DNA from: a virus
Lineage: Duplodnaviria > Heunggongvirae > Uroviricota > Caudoviricetes
Reading direction: 5' to 3' (one strand)
DNA: 64,000 nt
Virus record (IMG/VR): IMGVR_UViG_3300042473_000506
Shown: in pieces, positions 25,301 to 34,561 of the stretch
Layout: each line of letters starts with the position of its first letter
Numbering within the stretch: position 1 is the first letter of the stretch
Made by a program: the position numbers and the translations under genes
The notes under the pieces: generated by a model
Told to the model about the DNA's origin: nothing
Databases searched by the model: none
The model's input: the letters and a program-made list of their open reading frames with translations, nothing else

Positions 25301-25706
25301 AAAGTATTTATGGTTTACAGCCGGTATCCTATTTCTAGGAATCGCATACATTGGAGTCATAGTGCCGGGAATCCCGTGGAGCACACCTAGTTTAATTGCT
25401 GCCTATTGTTTTGCTCGAAGTAGCGAAAGATTTCATAACTATATGCTCAATCACAAATTGTTTGGTCCGTTCATTACTAACTGGCGTGACGGGAAAGTTT
25501 ACCCAACTAAGGTAAAATGGATCATGTTTATCTGCATGGATGCTAGTTTAGTTATTATGTGGTTTGCTACACAGAACTGGAAAGCTGTAGCAGGTATGGG
25601 CGTATTCTTTGCATTGGTACTATTGTGGGCCAGTCGTTATCCAGGTAGCAAAGAAGAAAGCGACCGTAGAAAGGCTGCTGGCGAAAAGATCGGTTGGTTT
25701 AAGTAA
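25284..25706 (+). CDS. DUF454/YbaN family membrane protein
   Basis: GVIVPGIP.STP...AAYCFARSSER. Confidence 0.85.
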   Translation: MFTKIKKYLWFTAGILFLGIAYIGVIVPGIPWSTPSLIAAYCFARSSERFHNYMLNHKLFGPFITNWRDGKVYPTKVKWIMFICMDASLVIMWFATQNWKAVAGMGVFFALVLLWASRYPGSKEESDRRKAAGEKIGWFK

Positions 25707-25709
25707 CCA

Positions 25710-25740
25710 AAAAAAAGGACTCCTAAGAGTCCTTTTAAAA
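25710..25740. terminator. Terminator between convergent genes
   Basis: aaaaaggactc-ctaa-gagtcctttt. Confidence 0.75.
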
Positions 25741-25743
25741 CAC

Positions 25744-27141
25744 TTACGCTATTACAGCGTAACGTGGAGCGTTGATTGTAGCCAACATTACATTGACTGG
25801 ATCCAACGATTCGGCGCTTAGGATGCTCTTCATGATAGCAGGGCTGAATCCGCTAACAAGGGCAACACCCTTCTTGTCATGCTTAACTGGAACGTTGCCA
25901 GCACGAGCATTCAAGTTCCAGAATACAATGTTGGGAACAGTGTATCCTGCCGCTTCATACTTACGAGCGATCATTTCCATTGCCGAGTCGTCGTGACGAG
26001 CACAGTAATTGAATTCCATATCACTCATGATAAGGATATACTTTGGCATATCCTTTGCATCAACATTGCCCTTGACTGCGAAGTCAAGCACAGTGTTAAA
26101 TGCGGCGTGTAGATTAGTACTCATGTCCCATTCTGCACGTTGTAGTTGAGCCAACTTGCTCAACAGGTTACCCTTCAAGATTTCGATCTTGCTCTTGGTA
26201 GAGAAGGTCAAAAACATGTCCTTGAATGGACCAGTGTTCTTGTCAGCAAGGTACAAGCCCAAACTAACGCAAACATCCATACAGGTCAAGTTAGCGTTTC
26301 CGCCAACTGGAGAGCTCATAGAGCCAGACACGTCACACATTGGCAACACCAGTTCATCACCGATGTAGTTTGGCAATGCATCCCATTGTGCTTGCACAAC
26401 AGTGGCGTCACCACCAAACTTGTGGCTCTTGATAACGTCATATGGGTAAACAGCCGAAGCGTTAACCTTTGCGTCACCAGTAACCAACTTTGCCTTGTAA
26501 GCATCATAGCCTACAGGGTCGTGCTTCTTAAAAGCCTTTTGGTATCGAGCAGCCGCCAACGATGGTACGTGGCTATAGTTGATGTCATCCCAAGTGTTTG
26601 CACACATGTTCTGTTCAACTGTCTTGCTCAAGTTAACCAAACTCTTACGGTAGAACTTTGGGCTCATTCCGAAGAAGGTGCGGATTTCAGCAGCCAACGC
26701 ACCTTGACGTGGCATCCACTTTGCGGCCAGCCCGTTGCTTGCACGTAGCGCATCACCGATTAGGGTAAATGCTTGTGCCTTCACTTCCTTAGAAGTAAAG
26801 ATCAACAGGTCGTCCCAACGACCGAATTCAGCCAGGTGTGGCAAAATACGGGCAAGCGCCTTAGGGTTGGTCTTTTCAAGATTCAAAAGAATCTTACGAA
26901 CAACTTCACGTTCGCCTGCACCACCACGGACGTCACGAGCCCACATCAAAAGACGTAGAGCAAGAGTTTCGTCTTGTGCTAGTGCGCGAGCAAACTGAGT
27001 GCTCAAATCCTTACCACGGCTTGCACCAATGGCAAAGAACAAATCTACAAGATCACTCTTGCTAGATTCAAAAGTCTTCATACCGTTTGCGGTACGAGAT
27101 TCAACTGGAACGGACTTAACCGCTTCTACAAATGCGTTCAT
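25744..27141 (-). CDS. DUF2828-family vWA protein (TROVE/Ro60-like architecture inferred)
   Basis: RD.RGG.GER, GRWDDL, KW.PR, VPS.A, DVSGSM (MIDAS), SDMEF, FWNL, SGFSP. Confidence 0.8.
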   Translation of the reverse strand: MNAFVEAVKSVPVESRTANGMKTFESSKSDLVDLFFAIGASRGKDLSTQFARALAQDETLALRLLMWARDVRGGAGEREVVRKILLNLEKTNPKALARILPHLAEFGRWDDLLIFTSKEVKAQAFTLIGDALRASNGLAAKWMPRQGALAAEIRTFFGMSPKFYRKSLVNLSKTVEQNMCANTWDDINYSHVPSLAAARYQKAFKKHDPVGYDAYKAKLVTGDAKVNASAVYPYDVIKSHKFGGDATVVQAQWDALPNYIGDELVLPMCDVSGSMSSPVGGNANLTCMDVCVSLGLYLADKNTGPFKDMFLTFSTKSKIEILKGNLLSKLAQLQRAEWDMSTNLHAAFNTVLDFAVKGNVDAKDMPKYILIMSDMEFNYCARHDDSAMEMIARKYEAAGYTVPNIVFWNLNARAGNVPVKHDKKGVALVSGFSPAIMKSILSAESLDPVNVMLATINAPRYAVIA

Positions 27142-27153
27142 TTTATTTTCCTT

Positions 27154-27195
27154 CAGGTTACTTTTAAATTAAAAAATTTTGCTGTATATAACCTA
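27154..27195 (-). ncRNA. CAGCAA element 5, abutting the DUF2828 RBS
   Basis: AGGTTAT-ATA-CAGCAA...GTAACCTG followed by AAGGA SD. Confidence 0.7.
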
Positions 27196-27201
27196 TACAA
27201 G

Positions 27202-27440
27202 CAGGATGGGTGTGCCAATTTGTTTATTTTCTGGTCTGGCCAATTATAGCACCCAGACCCTATCGACAATTCATGTTGACTATCTAAACTTGTGTCTGCG
27301 TTAGAAACATACAAAGTCTTTCCCTTGTGTCATCCATTCCTTGAGTGTCTAGTTTCCTAGAACAGTATCTCCACTGTGTCCTACAACCACTTTCTATGGC
27401 ATTTAACTTTAGTATTGTTTTAATTGCTGAATCCATCCTA
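27202..27440 (-). ncRNA. CAGCAA element 6 with about 200-nt structured insert
   Basis: AGGATGG-ATT-CAGCAA...CCATCCTG; inner hairpins TCTAG-GAAA-CTAGA, ACAGT/ACTGT, GGTCTGG/CCAGACC. Confidence 0.7.
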
Positions 27441-27446
27441 GGATCA

Positions 27447-27475
27447 ATTATAGCACACGTTCGTCTGAGGTTCAA
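27447..27475 (-). promoter_or_regulatory. sigma70-like promoter with predicted start at the first base of element 6
   Basis: TTGAAC-17-TATAAT. Confidence 0.7.
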
Positions 27476-27501
27476 TTCAGTTGTAGTGCTATAAAATAAA
27501 A

Positions 27502-27666
27502 CAGGTTAGTTGTCGGCTGCTTTTATTCAACTCAGGCCACCACTCTGAGCTCGCTAGTCTATTTCAATGTTGACTCTTCAACGCACTCGGTCAAGACTCT
27601 GTGCTCCAATTCAACACCATAGGGTCTAGCAGTCCATATTAAATGAAAATTGCTGCACCTAACCTA
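27502..27666 (-). ncRNA. CAGCAA element 7 with about 130-nt insert
   Basis: AGGTTAG-GTG-CAGCAA...CTAACCTG; inner helices GCTAG/CTAGC, TTGAC/GTCAA, CTCAG/CTGAG. Confidence 0.7.
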
Positions 27667-27701
27667 AAACTTCTTTTAACAAGTTTCCTTGCTATATATC
27701 T

Positions 27702-27730
27702 ATTATAGTGTCATATAATTATCTTGTCAA
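27702..27730 (-). promoter_or_regulatory. sigma70 promoter
   Basis: TTGACA-17-TATAAT exact. Confidence 0.9.
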
Positions 27731-27768
27731 CAAAAATATGCACTATAATAGCCAAAATCTAGATGATT

Positions 27769-28875
27769 TTAAAATGCATCCATGTAGTTGTAGTACTTTT
27801 CTTTAATGCGGTTCAGTGTCACACGGTCACCGTCCTCGTTAATGAAAACAAACTTACCAGCAGTTGCATCAATCTGCTTGAGATCTTCTTGACCAAATCG
27901 AGCATCTTCCCAATTCCAGTCTGTTTCAATAGAAGCCAGACCGTCGAGTGCTGGCTCAGCACTCTTTGCATCTTCAAAGACCTTGTAGTCAATGCTGACA
28001 CGATTGGTCAGTGGATTGCCTGTCCAGACTTCTTGCTCAATCAACTCCGGATTAATGTCTAGGCCTTTGATCTGCAGGGCAACCTTGTACTTGCTGTCAC
28101 CACCGAACTCTGGCTTGGCGTTGAGCATACGCATAGCTTCGCTGGCAGTTTCTTTGTATCGATTCATTTCTTCAACCAATGCCTTCAGCATGTCAAAGTT
28201 GAACTGATCAAACATTGCCGCAACTCGGCATACACTGGCGATATGATCAACATTGTCCAGATTGTCTGCACAGTACTCCATAATGAAGTCTTGTTCCAGA
28301 CCTTTGAAGTCCAGTGAGTAGAAGATACGACCAGGACGGTTTCGCATGTGGCTGTCAATGCGCCACTTGTCGTTACAGGTTAGAATGAACAGCTTCTTGG
28401 AGGGATATACACCGTCCAATAGTGTCAGCATCTTTTCCTGGTCATCCTTGTCGTAGACCTTTTCAAACTCGTCAAATAGGATCACTGTGGGTTGCTCAAT
28501 CATCTGCATGAAGCTGTTAAAGCCTTCACCGCACCATGGCTCGTTGATAACAATTGTTGGCACCGCCGCTTCTGCGGCAGTGACTGCCAACAGTTTGGCT
28601 AACAGTGTCTTGCCCGAACCTTTTTCACCAGTAAGCATTACACCAGTGGATGCAGTACGGTCATTGAAAGTATTGAGAATACGTTGGCTCTGCTTGCGAG
28701 TATCTCCGTATACCTTGCCGCGGATCTCGAAGCTTTCGATCGCTTCAAGATAGAAACAGCCAGCCATCTTGTCAAATTTAACAGTGTAGTTGCCAACAGG
28801 CAGTTGCTCATGTAGATCCATTGCTTCCTTAGTGGAAACATTAAATCGTGTACCAGATTTCAAAAAATATGTCAT
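27769..28875 (-). CDS. AAA+ ATPase
   Basis: GEKGSGKT, ILFDEFEK, RNRPGR. Confidence 0.88.
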   Translation of the reverse strand: MTYFLKSGTRFNVSTKEAMDLHEQLPVGNYTVKFDKMAGCFYLEAIESFEIRGKVYGDTRKQSQRILNTFNDRTASTGVMLTGEKGSGKTLLAKLLAVTAAEAAVPTIVINEPWCGEGFNSFMQMIEQPTVILFDEFEKVYDKDDQEKMLTLLDGVYPSKKLFILTCNDKWRIDSHMRNRPGRIFYSLDFKGLEQDFIMEYCADNLDNVDHIASVCRVAAMFDQFNFDMLKALVEEMNRYKETASEAMRMLNAKPEFGGDSKYKVALQIKGLDINPELIEQEVWTGNPLTNRVSIDYKVFEDAKSAEPALDGLASIETDWNWEDARFGQEDLKQIDATAGKFVFINEDGDRVTLNRIKEKYYNYMDAF

Positions 28876-28952
28876 ACTGTCTTTCAGTGTGTTTTGTTGC
28901 TATGTGTAAATTATACAATAAAAACAAGGGGTTGTATAGCCCCTTGTTAGTT

Positions 28953-30347
28953 TTATTTGCGAGCGTTAGCTCGAACTTCTTCGAACGAAATCTCGTTGTA
29001 AAGTTTGCCGTTCTCGAATACCTTCTGTAGAGAAGACTTCCACTCGAGTCCTCGATCAGTCCAACCTTTTGGTTGTTCTACGGAGGATTGATATTCTCCG
29101 CCGGACTCCCACAGTTCGACTCGGCCTTTCTTGCTTTTCTTACCTGGATCAGTGACAGGATCTTTCTGGACATCTACCCAGGTTCCGTTGATACAGGCTG
29201 CACTTGCTTTTAGGGCAAACTTCTGCGTGTCACGATCTACAATCTGCAACAGGGCACCGCCCATACCAAAAGCAATGTTATCGGCACTCCAACCCATGGC
29301 CATGAACGCACCAAGGATACTGCGAACAGTGAGTTCGTTGATGCCGTCACCTTGGATCAGACGCACATTGTTCAGTACCTTGAATCCTTTAGCGTTAACT
29401 GTGTAGCCAAACTTCTCGCCCAGGATTTCAACTAGACGACGGTTGACTTCGACAGGATCGCCACTATCAGGCCTAATGACAACAGTAGCACCACTATCGA
29501 TAACCTGTTGGCGAAGTTCTTCGCCCCAGAGCTTAGAGGCTGCGTTGTAGATATCATAACTATCACTGACAACAGCGAGGATAGTACCGGGACGAGCGAA
29601 CTGGGTAAGCATATTTCTGTAAGCATCTACTTCCCCGTCACGACCCCAACTGGTGATTGTACTATGCTCTGCGGCTGGGATTGAGAAACCAGCAATACCA
29701 GCATTGTAATATTCACGAGCAAACAGAACACCAGTAATAGTGTCAGTTCCCATAAAGTTGACCAAGTGCGCGGCACTGCCAATGCCAGCACTTTCAAGGC
29801 TAGATACGCCACGAGCACCAAAGTCGTGCAACTTAAAATCGATAGTAGTAGGATCACCAGTTCTCTCCAAGAAGTCAAGAATGACTTGTTTAATTGTGTA
29901 TGATTGTGTTGCCACAGTAGTACCATACCACACTGCACGAAGCAGGGCAGTTTCCAACCAAGTGGTCAACCAGAAGCATTCTGGATCTGTGTTTTCAATT
30001 GTCGCAAGTACATTTTTGACGGGGACCACAGTTCCTTCTGGCACGGCCCGAATGACAACTGGGAGGTATCCACGGTGCTTGTCCAGTATGTATTGCCATC
30101 CTGCTCGGTTGAAAGGCTCACCGTGTAGGGTAAGGATTTCTTCAGCGATGTCAATGTCTGCTTGGGTGATGGGTTCGAGAAGGTACTCTTTGATAAAAGC
30201 CTGTAATCCGAAGAATACTGTTCTATCGTACCGCCCGCCTCTAGACTCGATATATGAATATACACCTGTAGTACCTGCTGGGTATTGTTTGAACATGCTG
30301 ACTTTGTAGCTGTCAGTGTTCAAAATAAGATTTTTTGCGAGTTTCAT
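28953..30347 (-). CDS. nadV: Nicotinamide phosphoribosyltransferase
   Basis: TDSYK, HDFGARG, PAAEHS, RPDSG, GDG, FGMGG. Confidence 0.92.
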   Translation of the reverse strand: MKLAKNLILNTDSYKVSMFKQYPAGTTGVYSYIESRGGRYDRTVFFGLQAFIKEYLLEPITQADIDIAEEILTLHGEPFNRAGWQYILDKHRGYLPVVIRAVPEGTVVPVKNVLATIENTDPECFWLTTWLETALLRAVWYGTTVATQSYTIKQVILDFLERTGDPTTIDFKLHDFGARGVSSLESAGIGSAAHLVNFMGTDTITGVLFAREYYNAGIAGFSIPAAEHSTITSWGRDGEVDAYRNMLTQFARPGTILAVVSDSYDIYNAASKLWGEELRQQVIDSGATVVIRPDSGDPVEVNRRLVEILGEKFGYTVNAKGFKVLNNVRLIQGDGINELTVRSILGAFMAMGWSADNIAFGMGGALLQIVDRDTQKFALKASAACINGTWVDVQKDPVTDPGKKSKKGRVELWESGGEYQSSVEQPKGWTDRGLEWKSSLQKVFENGKLYNEISFEEVRANARK

Positions 30348-30426
30348 AATAAAGTTCCTTTATCAAAATTGCCAGGCGTCTATCGCTTGGACTTGTTTAT
30401 AGTATAACACAGACCCTATGTCTGCG

Positions 30427-30900
30427 TCAACTAATTCTTTGGCCAAATTCTACTAGTGTGACTGTGCCGCCTTCAAGGGCAATTCGTCCGGCAAATACGT
30501 CGATCATGTCAACAATAGTTTCCTGTTCGCCACCGGCAAGTCCACACCCAATATAGGGCAAGCCAATCCGTTTGCCAGGAAAGACAAAGGCCAGCTTTTC
30601 CAAAATCAATTGAAAGGCAGTGTACTCAAATACATCAGTGCCGCGACTCATATTGTATTGAGTGTAAGCATTAACAATCAAAAACTTGCCGGTAAAGGCT
30701 GTGGTAAAATTGCCCAACTTGCGGTAGTCGCCTTTTACGGTCTCATTATCAACTAATGCAGCCATTGGATAACGCTCACGAATCTCACGAGCAATGCCGC
30801 CACCCATGGTGTTGAAGCAGTTACAGCCTTGGACAACAATGTCAAAGTCTCCCGCTTCTGCCAGGTCGAGCAGATTGCCTTTAGTATGTTTTAATGTCAT
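30427..30900 (-). CDS. Macrodomain (ADP-ribose binding/hydrolase) protein
   Basis: KGNLL, VQGCNC..TMGGGIA, P.IGCGLAGG. Confidence 0.88.
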   Translation of the reverse strand: MTLKHTKGNLLDLAEAGDFDIVVQGCNCFNTMGGGIAREIRERYPMAALVDNETVKGDYRKLGNFTTAFTGKFLIVNAYTQYNMSRGTDVFEYTAFQLILEKLAFVFPGKRIGLPYIGCGLAGGEQETIVDMIDVFAGRIALEGGTVTLVEFGQRIS

Positions 30901-31148
30901 AGTTCTACTCCGAAATGTTCTTTGATTCTCATACCGTTTGTTTTGGTAATATATCCACAACCAACTGAATTGGGTCTCTCCGTATCAGCAATCTCAGCAC
31001 ATTGCCTCACAATCTTCTCAGCGAAACGCTCCAAATCAACCATTACACTACTGTAGTAATCACCGTTCTCTAGTTTGTCGTATGGATCACAAATACAATC
31101 ATAAATGCCGCCTGTGATGGCTAAATCTCTAATCAGTTGTTTGTTCAT
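30897..31148 (-). CDS. Hypothetical phage protein
   Basis: FAEKIVRQC..EHFGVE; paralog of 31145. Confidence 0.7.
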   Translation of the reverse strand: MNKQLIRDLAITGGIYDCICDPYDKLENGDYYSSVMVDLERFAEKIVRQCAEIADTERPNSVGCGYITKTNGMRIKEHFGVEL

Positions 31149-31387
31149 TCTTCAACTCCGAAATGTTCTTCAATATCATTGATTGCTGTGGACATTGCTT
31201 CATCCACATTCCATCCATCTTCAATAGCCAGGTCTCTGTTGGCAGATACAAGTTCCACACATTCTCTCACAATCAACTCGGCGAACTTTTCTTTATCGAA
31301 CACGTCAAATGTCAAGCCGTCGTATGGAGGATGTCCGGGCATGTGGGAAGTAGCCTGTTCAGCAAGTTCTCGAATTCGTTCGTTCAT
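31145..31387 (-). CDS. Hypothetical phage protein
   Basis: FAELIVREC..EHFGVE. Confidence 0.7.
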   Translation of the reverse strand: MNERIRELAEQATSHMPGHPPYDGLTFDVFDKEKFAELIVRECVELVSANRDLAIEDGWNVDEAMSTAINDIEEHFGVEE

Positions 31388-31388
31388 A

Positions 31389-32408
31389 TTATGCTCCTAC
31401 AAAATGTGAGATGATTTCAAAATGGTCTTCAAAGCATTCTTCGCTTCGAACCTCTGCAATAGGTACCCAACGTGCTTTCTCAGCATCGTCACTGCCTTTT
31501 ACTTTTGGCAACTCACCGTCTGGCAGTTGGATGTGAAACGCATGTGTAATTATACGTCCTCTAGGACTTCTGTCAACCGCATCAAATACCTTACTGCGAA
31601 CAATCGATCCACGCAACACCGGAGCAGGCACTTTAATCATAGTTTCTTCACGCAGTTCACGGATAGCCGCATCTTCAACTGACTTGTCGGTATTGGCGTT
31701 GACGTAGCCGCCTGGCAGTGCCCACAAGCCCTTGCCGGGCTCTGCACGGCGTTTGATCATCAGCACATGACCTGAACAGATCACAACACTATCAGCAGTG
31801 CTGAAGATTGGAGGATATGGCAATGACGCATACTGTTTCTTATAGTTTGCAACAAACTCTCGCTCACGGATAATTTGTTCATATTCGGCATGGTGGCGGA
31901 ATTCATCCAAGAACTCAAACACAGTTTCTGGCACAACACCTTTAATGAACTTCATGTTGACATCACGCTTGAAGTAAAGATCACGAATGTCAACAGCACT
32001 AAGGAACTCAATCAGTTCCACGTTTTCATATCCCCATTGTGGGAACATGTCCAGATAGAAGCTACTGTCGTCTTTCTTGTGTCCAATAATACCAGTCTTG
32101 GTACCAAGGACTGCATACTTGCTGACAATGCCTTGGATACGCACTGCCCAGGCTTGATCGTTATAGATAGTGTCTACATTGGGTTCAATGTAGATTTGCA
32201 TATTCAATCCACGGGTAGCCGATTTGATCATGCCCGCACGTTCTGCACTTGTGAACGGATTCTTGTAAGTACGGGGTTGTGCGGCAGAACCAGTGATAAT
32301 TACTAACTGTTCGCATAGGGCAGTGGCACGTTTTACAATCTCAAGGTGAGCACTGTGAAATGGTTGAAAGCGCCCAATGAGCACTAGGGTGTGATATTTT
32401 TTAGTCAT
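31389..32408 (-). CDS. nadM: Bifunctional NMN adenylyltransferase/Nudix ADP-ribose pyrophosphatase
   Basis: GRFQPFHSAH; WALPGG...AAIRELREET. Confidence 0.92.
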   Translation of the reverse strand: MTKKYHTLVLIGRFQPFHSAHLEIVKRATALCEQLVIITGSAAQPRTYKNPFTSAERAGMIKSATRGLNMQIYIEPNVDTIYNDQAWAVRIQGIVSKYAVLGTKTGIIGHKKDDSSFYLDMFPQWGYENVELIEFLSAVDIRDLYFKRDVNMKFIKGVVPETVFEFLDEFRHHAEYEQIIREREFVANYKKQYASLPYPPIFSTADSVVICSGHVLMIKRRAEPGKGLWALPGGYVNANTDKSVEDAAIRELREETMIKVPAPVLRGSIVRSKVFDAVDRSPRGRIITHAFHIQLPDGELPKVKGSDDAEKARWVPIAEVRSEECFEDHFEIISHFVGA

Positions 32409-32761
32409 TTTGTGCCTTCCAACATGGCAAGTTTGCGGGCCAATTCTTTGCGAATTTGGGTAATCTCTGCTTTGGCTTTTGCTCGGGCTTCTGACATGAT
32501 TTCAGTAGTTAGAATCACTTTAGCTTGGATCTCGACTTCCAGAACTTCGATACTGACAACGTCTCGACGCATGTAGTCTGTGCTGGAGAATATTGGAATC
32601 TTGTCCAGCGATTCCCAAGTTTTGTCTTGGGAGAAGTAAGGGCTCCAATACGGATAACCGCCTGAGTGTGAATCAGTGTCGTAATAGACACGCTTGCCTG
32701 CCTTGTCAATTGCTGACAACGCATAGGTTTTTTTGATGGTGAATGTAGTTGCTTTTGACAT
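32405..32761 (-). CDS. Hypothetical
   Basis: ORF coupled to nadM. Confidence 0.7.
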   Translation of the reverse strand: MSKATTFTIKKTYALSAIDKAGKRVYYDTDSHSGGYPYWSPYFSQDKTWESLDKIPIFSSTDYMRRDVVSIEVLEVEIQAKVILTTEIMSEARAKAKAEITQIRKELARKLAMLEGTK

Positions 32762-32863
32762 ACAAAAATCCTTTGTATAATGTACGCTCGGAGTCTATCT
32801 CTTTGCTGTATGTATTTATTATACAGGGTTTTACGGACCCTGTAAACCGGTTATTTTGCCAAA

Positions 32864-33370
32864 TTAACTGTTTAATACTTTAGCAACACTATTCATGACA
32901 CTGGCAATACGTCCAATATCACGAAGTTGTTCCACTGTGTAGCCTTCTGTCTTCAATGTCTCGTAATGTGCTTTCACACAGAAGTGACACTTACCGACAA
33001 TGCTTGCGGCTAAACTGAATGCTTCAAAGTTGCTCTTGGTAGTTCCGCCATGATTGGCAATGGCGTTCATTCGCAACTGTGCCGGCAATCCTTTTAGACC
33101 AGGATCATCAGCCATTTCAACAAAGGGGTACCACGTGTTGTTTTGGCTCATAATTGAAGCGGCACACATAGCTGACTCTGCGTGGACAGGAGCATCCGCT
33201 AACAAGATGCCCAATACCTTACCGTTACCAGTTGCAGCCAATGCAGCCACAGCACAACCTATGGCCACATCTGCATCCAATGTGCTACGAAGTAGCACAG
33301 CGTCAAGATTTAACTTAGTGTCTTTGGCATAGTCTGGCAACGCACCTTTTACTGATTCAATAAAGCTCAT
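32864..33370 (-). CDS. ahpD: Alkyl hydroperoxide reductase AhpD
   Basis: YAKDTKLNL, SIVGKCHFCVKAH. Confidence 0.9.
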   Translation of the reverse strand: MSFIESVKGALPDYAKDTKLNLDAVLLRSTLDADVAIGCAVAALAATGNGKVLGILLADAPVHAESAMCAASIMSQNNTWYPFVEMADDPGLKGLPAQLRMNAIANHGGTTKSNFEAFSLAASIVGKCHFCVKAHYETLKTEGYTVEQLRDIGRIASVMNSVAKVLNS

Positions 33371-33371
33371 T

Positions 33372-34022
33372 TTAATATTTTCCTGATGCTAATACGATTT
33401 GGCAAATGTGTTCCAATCGTTCAATGTGTTCAAATGCACGCCACGGACTTGTATCAATTGCTACCACGCCGTGGCCCTTGATGCCCACAATATCATACTT
33501 AATGTTACCCGCACTGTCTAACTTAAGATTCTCATGGCAACGGTCAGCAAGCTCTTGACTAATTGGAGCAACATCACCCACATTAGGTGCTACCTTAGTG
33601 TAACGATTTAATTCTGGAAATGCTGAACTGATAGTACTTAAATCAATGCCGGCATGCATGGCCGCAATACAATAGGTAGGGTGTAAGTGAACTACTACTC
33701 TAACATCATTACTATGCTGACCCATATTCTTTTGTAAGCCAAAATGCAGAGGTAATTCTCCACTAGGTTTTAGCTTCTCACTGATGTCAGTATATGCCAA
33801 TTCTTTCCAAGAATAGTATGGCCTAGGAGGTTGGTCATAGTAGCCTTGTTCAATACCAATCTTCTTAAACTGGTCTGGCTGCATGGTTTGCTTACGGACG
33901 CCACTGGGTGTGATATAAAAGTGATCACGGTCGTGATGGCGAATCGAAACATTGCCATCACGACTGGTAATCCAGTTGCGTCTATATGCTTCAACCAAAG
34001 TATCGCATATAGTCTCTAACAT
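33372..34022 (-). CDS. Class II aldolase/adducin family protein
   Basis: GNVSIR, ITPSG, PSGELPLH, VHLHP, GHG. Confidence 0.88.
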   Translation of the reverse strand: MLETICDTLVEAYRRNWITSRDGNVSIRHHDRDHFYITPSGVRKQTMQPDQFKKIGIEQGYYDQPPRPYYSWKELAYTDISEKLKPSGELPLHFGLQKNMGQHSNDVRVVVHLHPTYCIAAMHAGIDLSTISSAFPELNRYTKVAPNVGDVAPISQELADRCHENLKLDSAGNIKYDIVGIKGHGVVAIDTSPWRAFEHIERLEHICQIVLASGKY

Positions 34023-34561
34023 TACAGAGTCTCGCCGCCAACTGTGCGGTTACATGCACACAGTTCGCCAGTCTGCAGGGCATCAAGCACACGCAGGGTT
34101 TCTTCTGGACTACGACCAACGTTCAAGTTGTTGACTGTGACGTGTTGGATTTCGTTGTTTGGATCAACAATGAATGTAGCACGAAGTGCAGCACCTGCTG
34201 GAGCGTAGAATACGCCTAATTGCTCAATCAAGCTCAACTCACCACGCTGTGTATCAGCAAATTGAGTGTGTGTGATCTTCTTTAAATCTGGGTGAGCCGT
34301 TTGCCAAGCTGTCTTACAGAATTCGTTATCGGTTGAACCGGTCAATAGAACGGCATCACGATCAAAAAAGTCATCTGTTAGTTTGTCGTATGCCACAATT
34401 TCTGTAGGGCATACAAATGTAAAGTCTTTTGGGTAGTATACGATTACTTTCCACTTGCCTGGCCAGCTCTCATCTGTAATTGTAAAGAAAGCGTCTTCTG
34501 GTTGTCCTGGCTTAACACCAGTGACTGCGAATGGGGCTAATTTGTCGCCAACTGTTTTCAT
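34022..34561 (-). CDS. ahpC: Peroxiredoxin AhpC
   Basis: YPKDFTFVCPTE, RATFIVD, LDALQT.ELC. Confidence 0.93.
   Translation of the reverse strand: MKTVGDKLAPFAVTGVKPGQPEDAFFTITDESWPGKWKVIVYYPKDFTFVCPTEIVAYDKLTDDFFDRDAVLLTGSTDNEFCKTAWQTAHPDLKKITHTQFADTQRGELSLIEQLGVFYAPAGAALRATFIVDPNNEIQHVTVNNLNVGRSPEETLRVLDALQTGELCACNRTVGGETL

Noticed and set aside
25772-26998. Long plus-strand ORFs opposite the DUF2828 gene, and similar ones opposite nadV and clpX
   Set aside because: Antisense shadows of well-supported genes, without SD or motifs.
27284-27475. 63-aa ORF over element 6
   Set aside because: It starts inside a promoter and crosses a highly structured RNA; no SD.
32795-32820. CAGCAA in the nadM-unit leader as another family member
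   Set aside because: It lacks the 7-bp AGG..CCT closing stem; likely chance.
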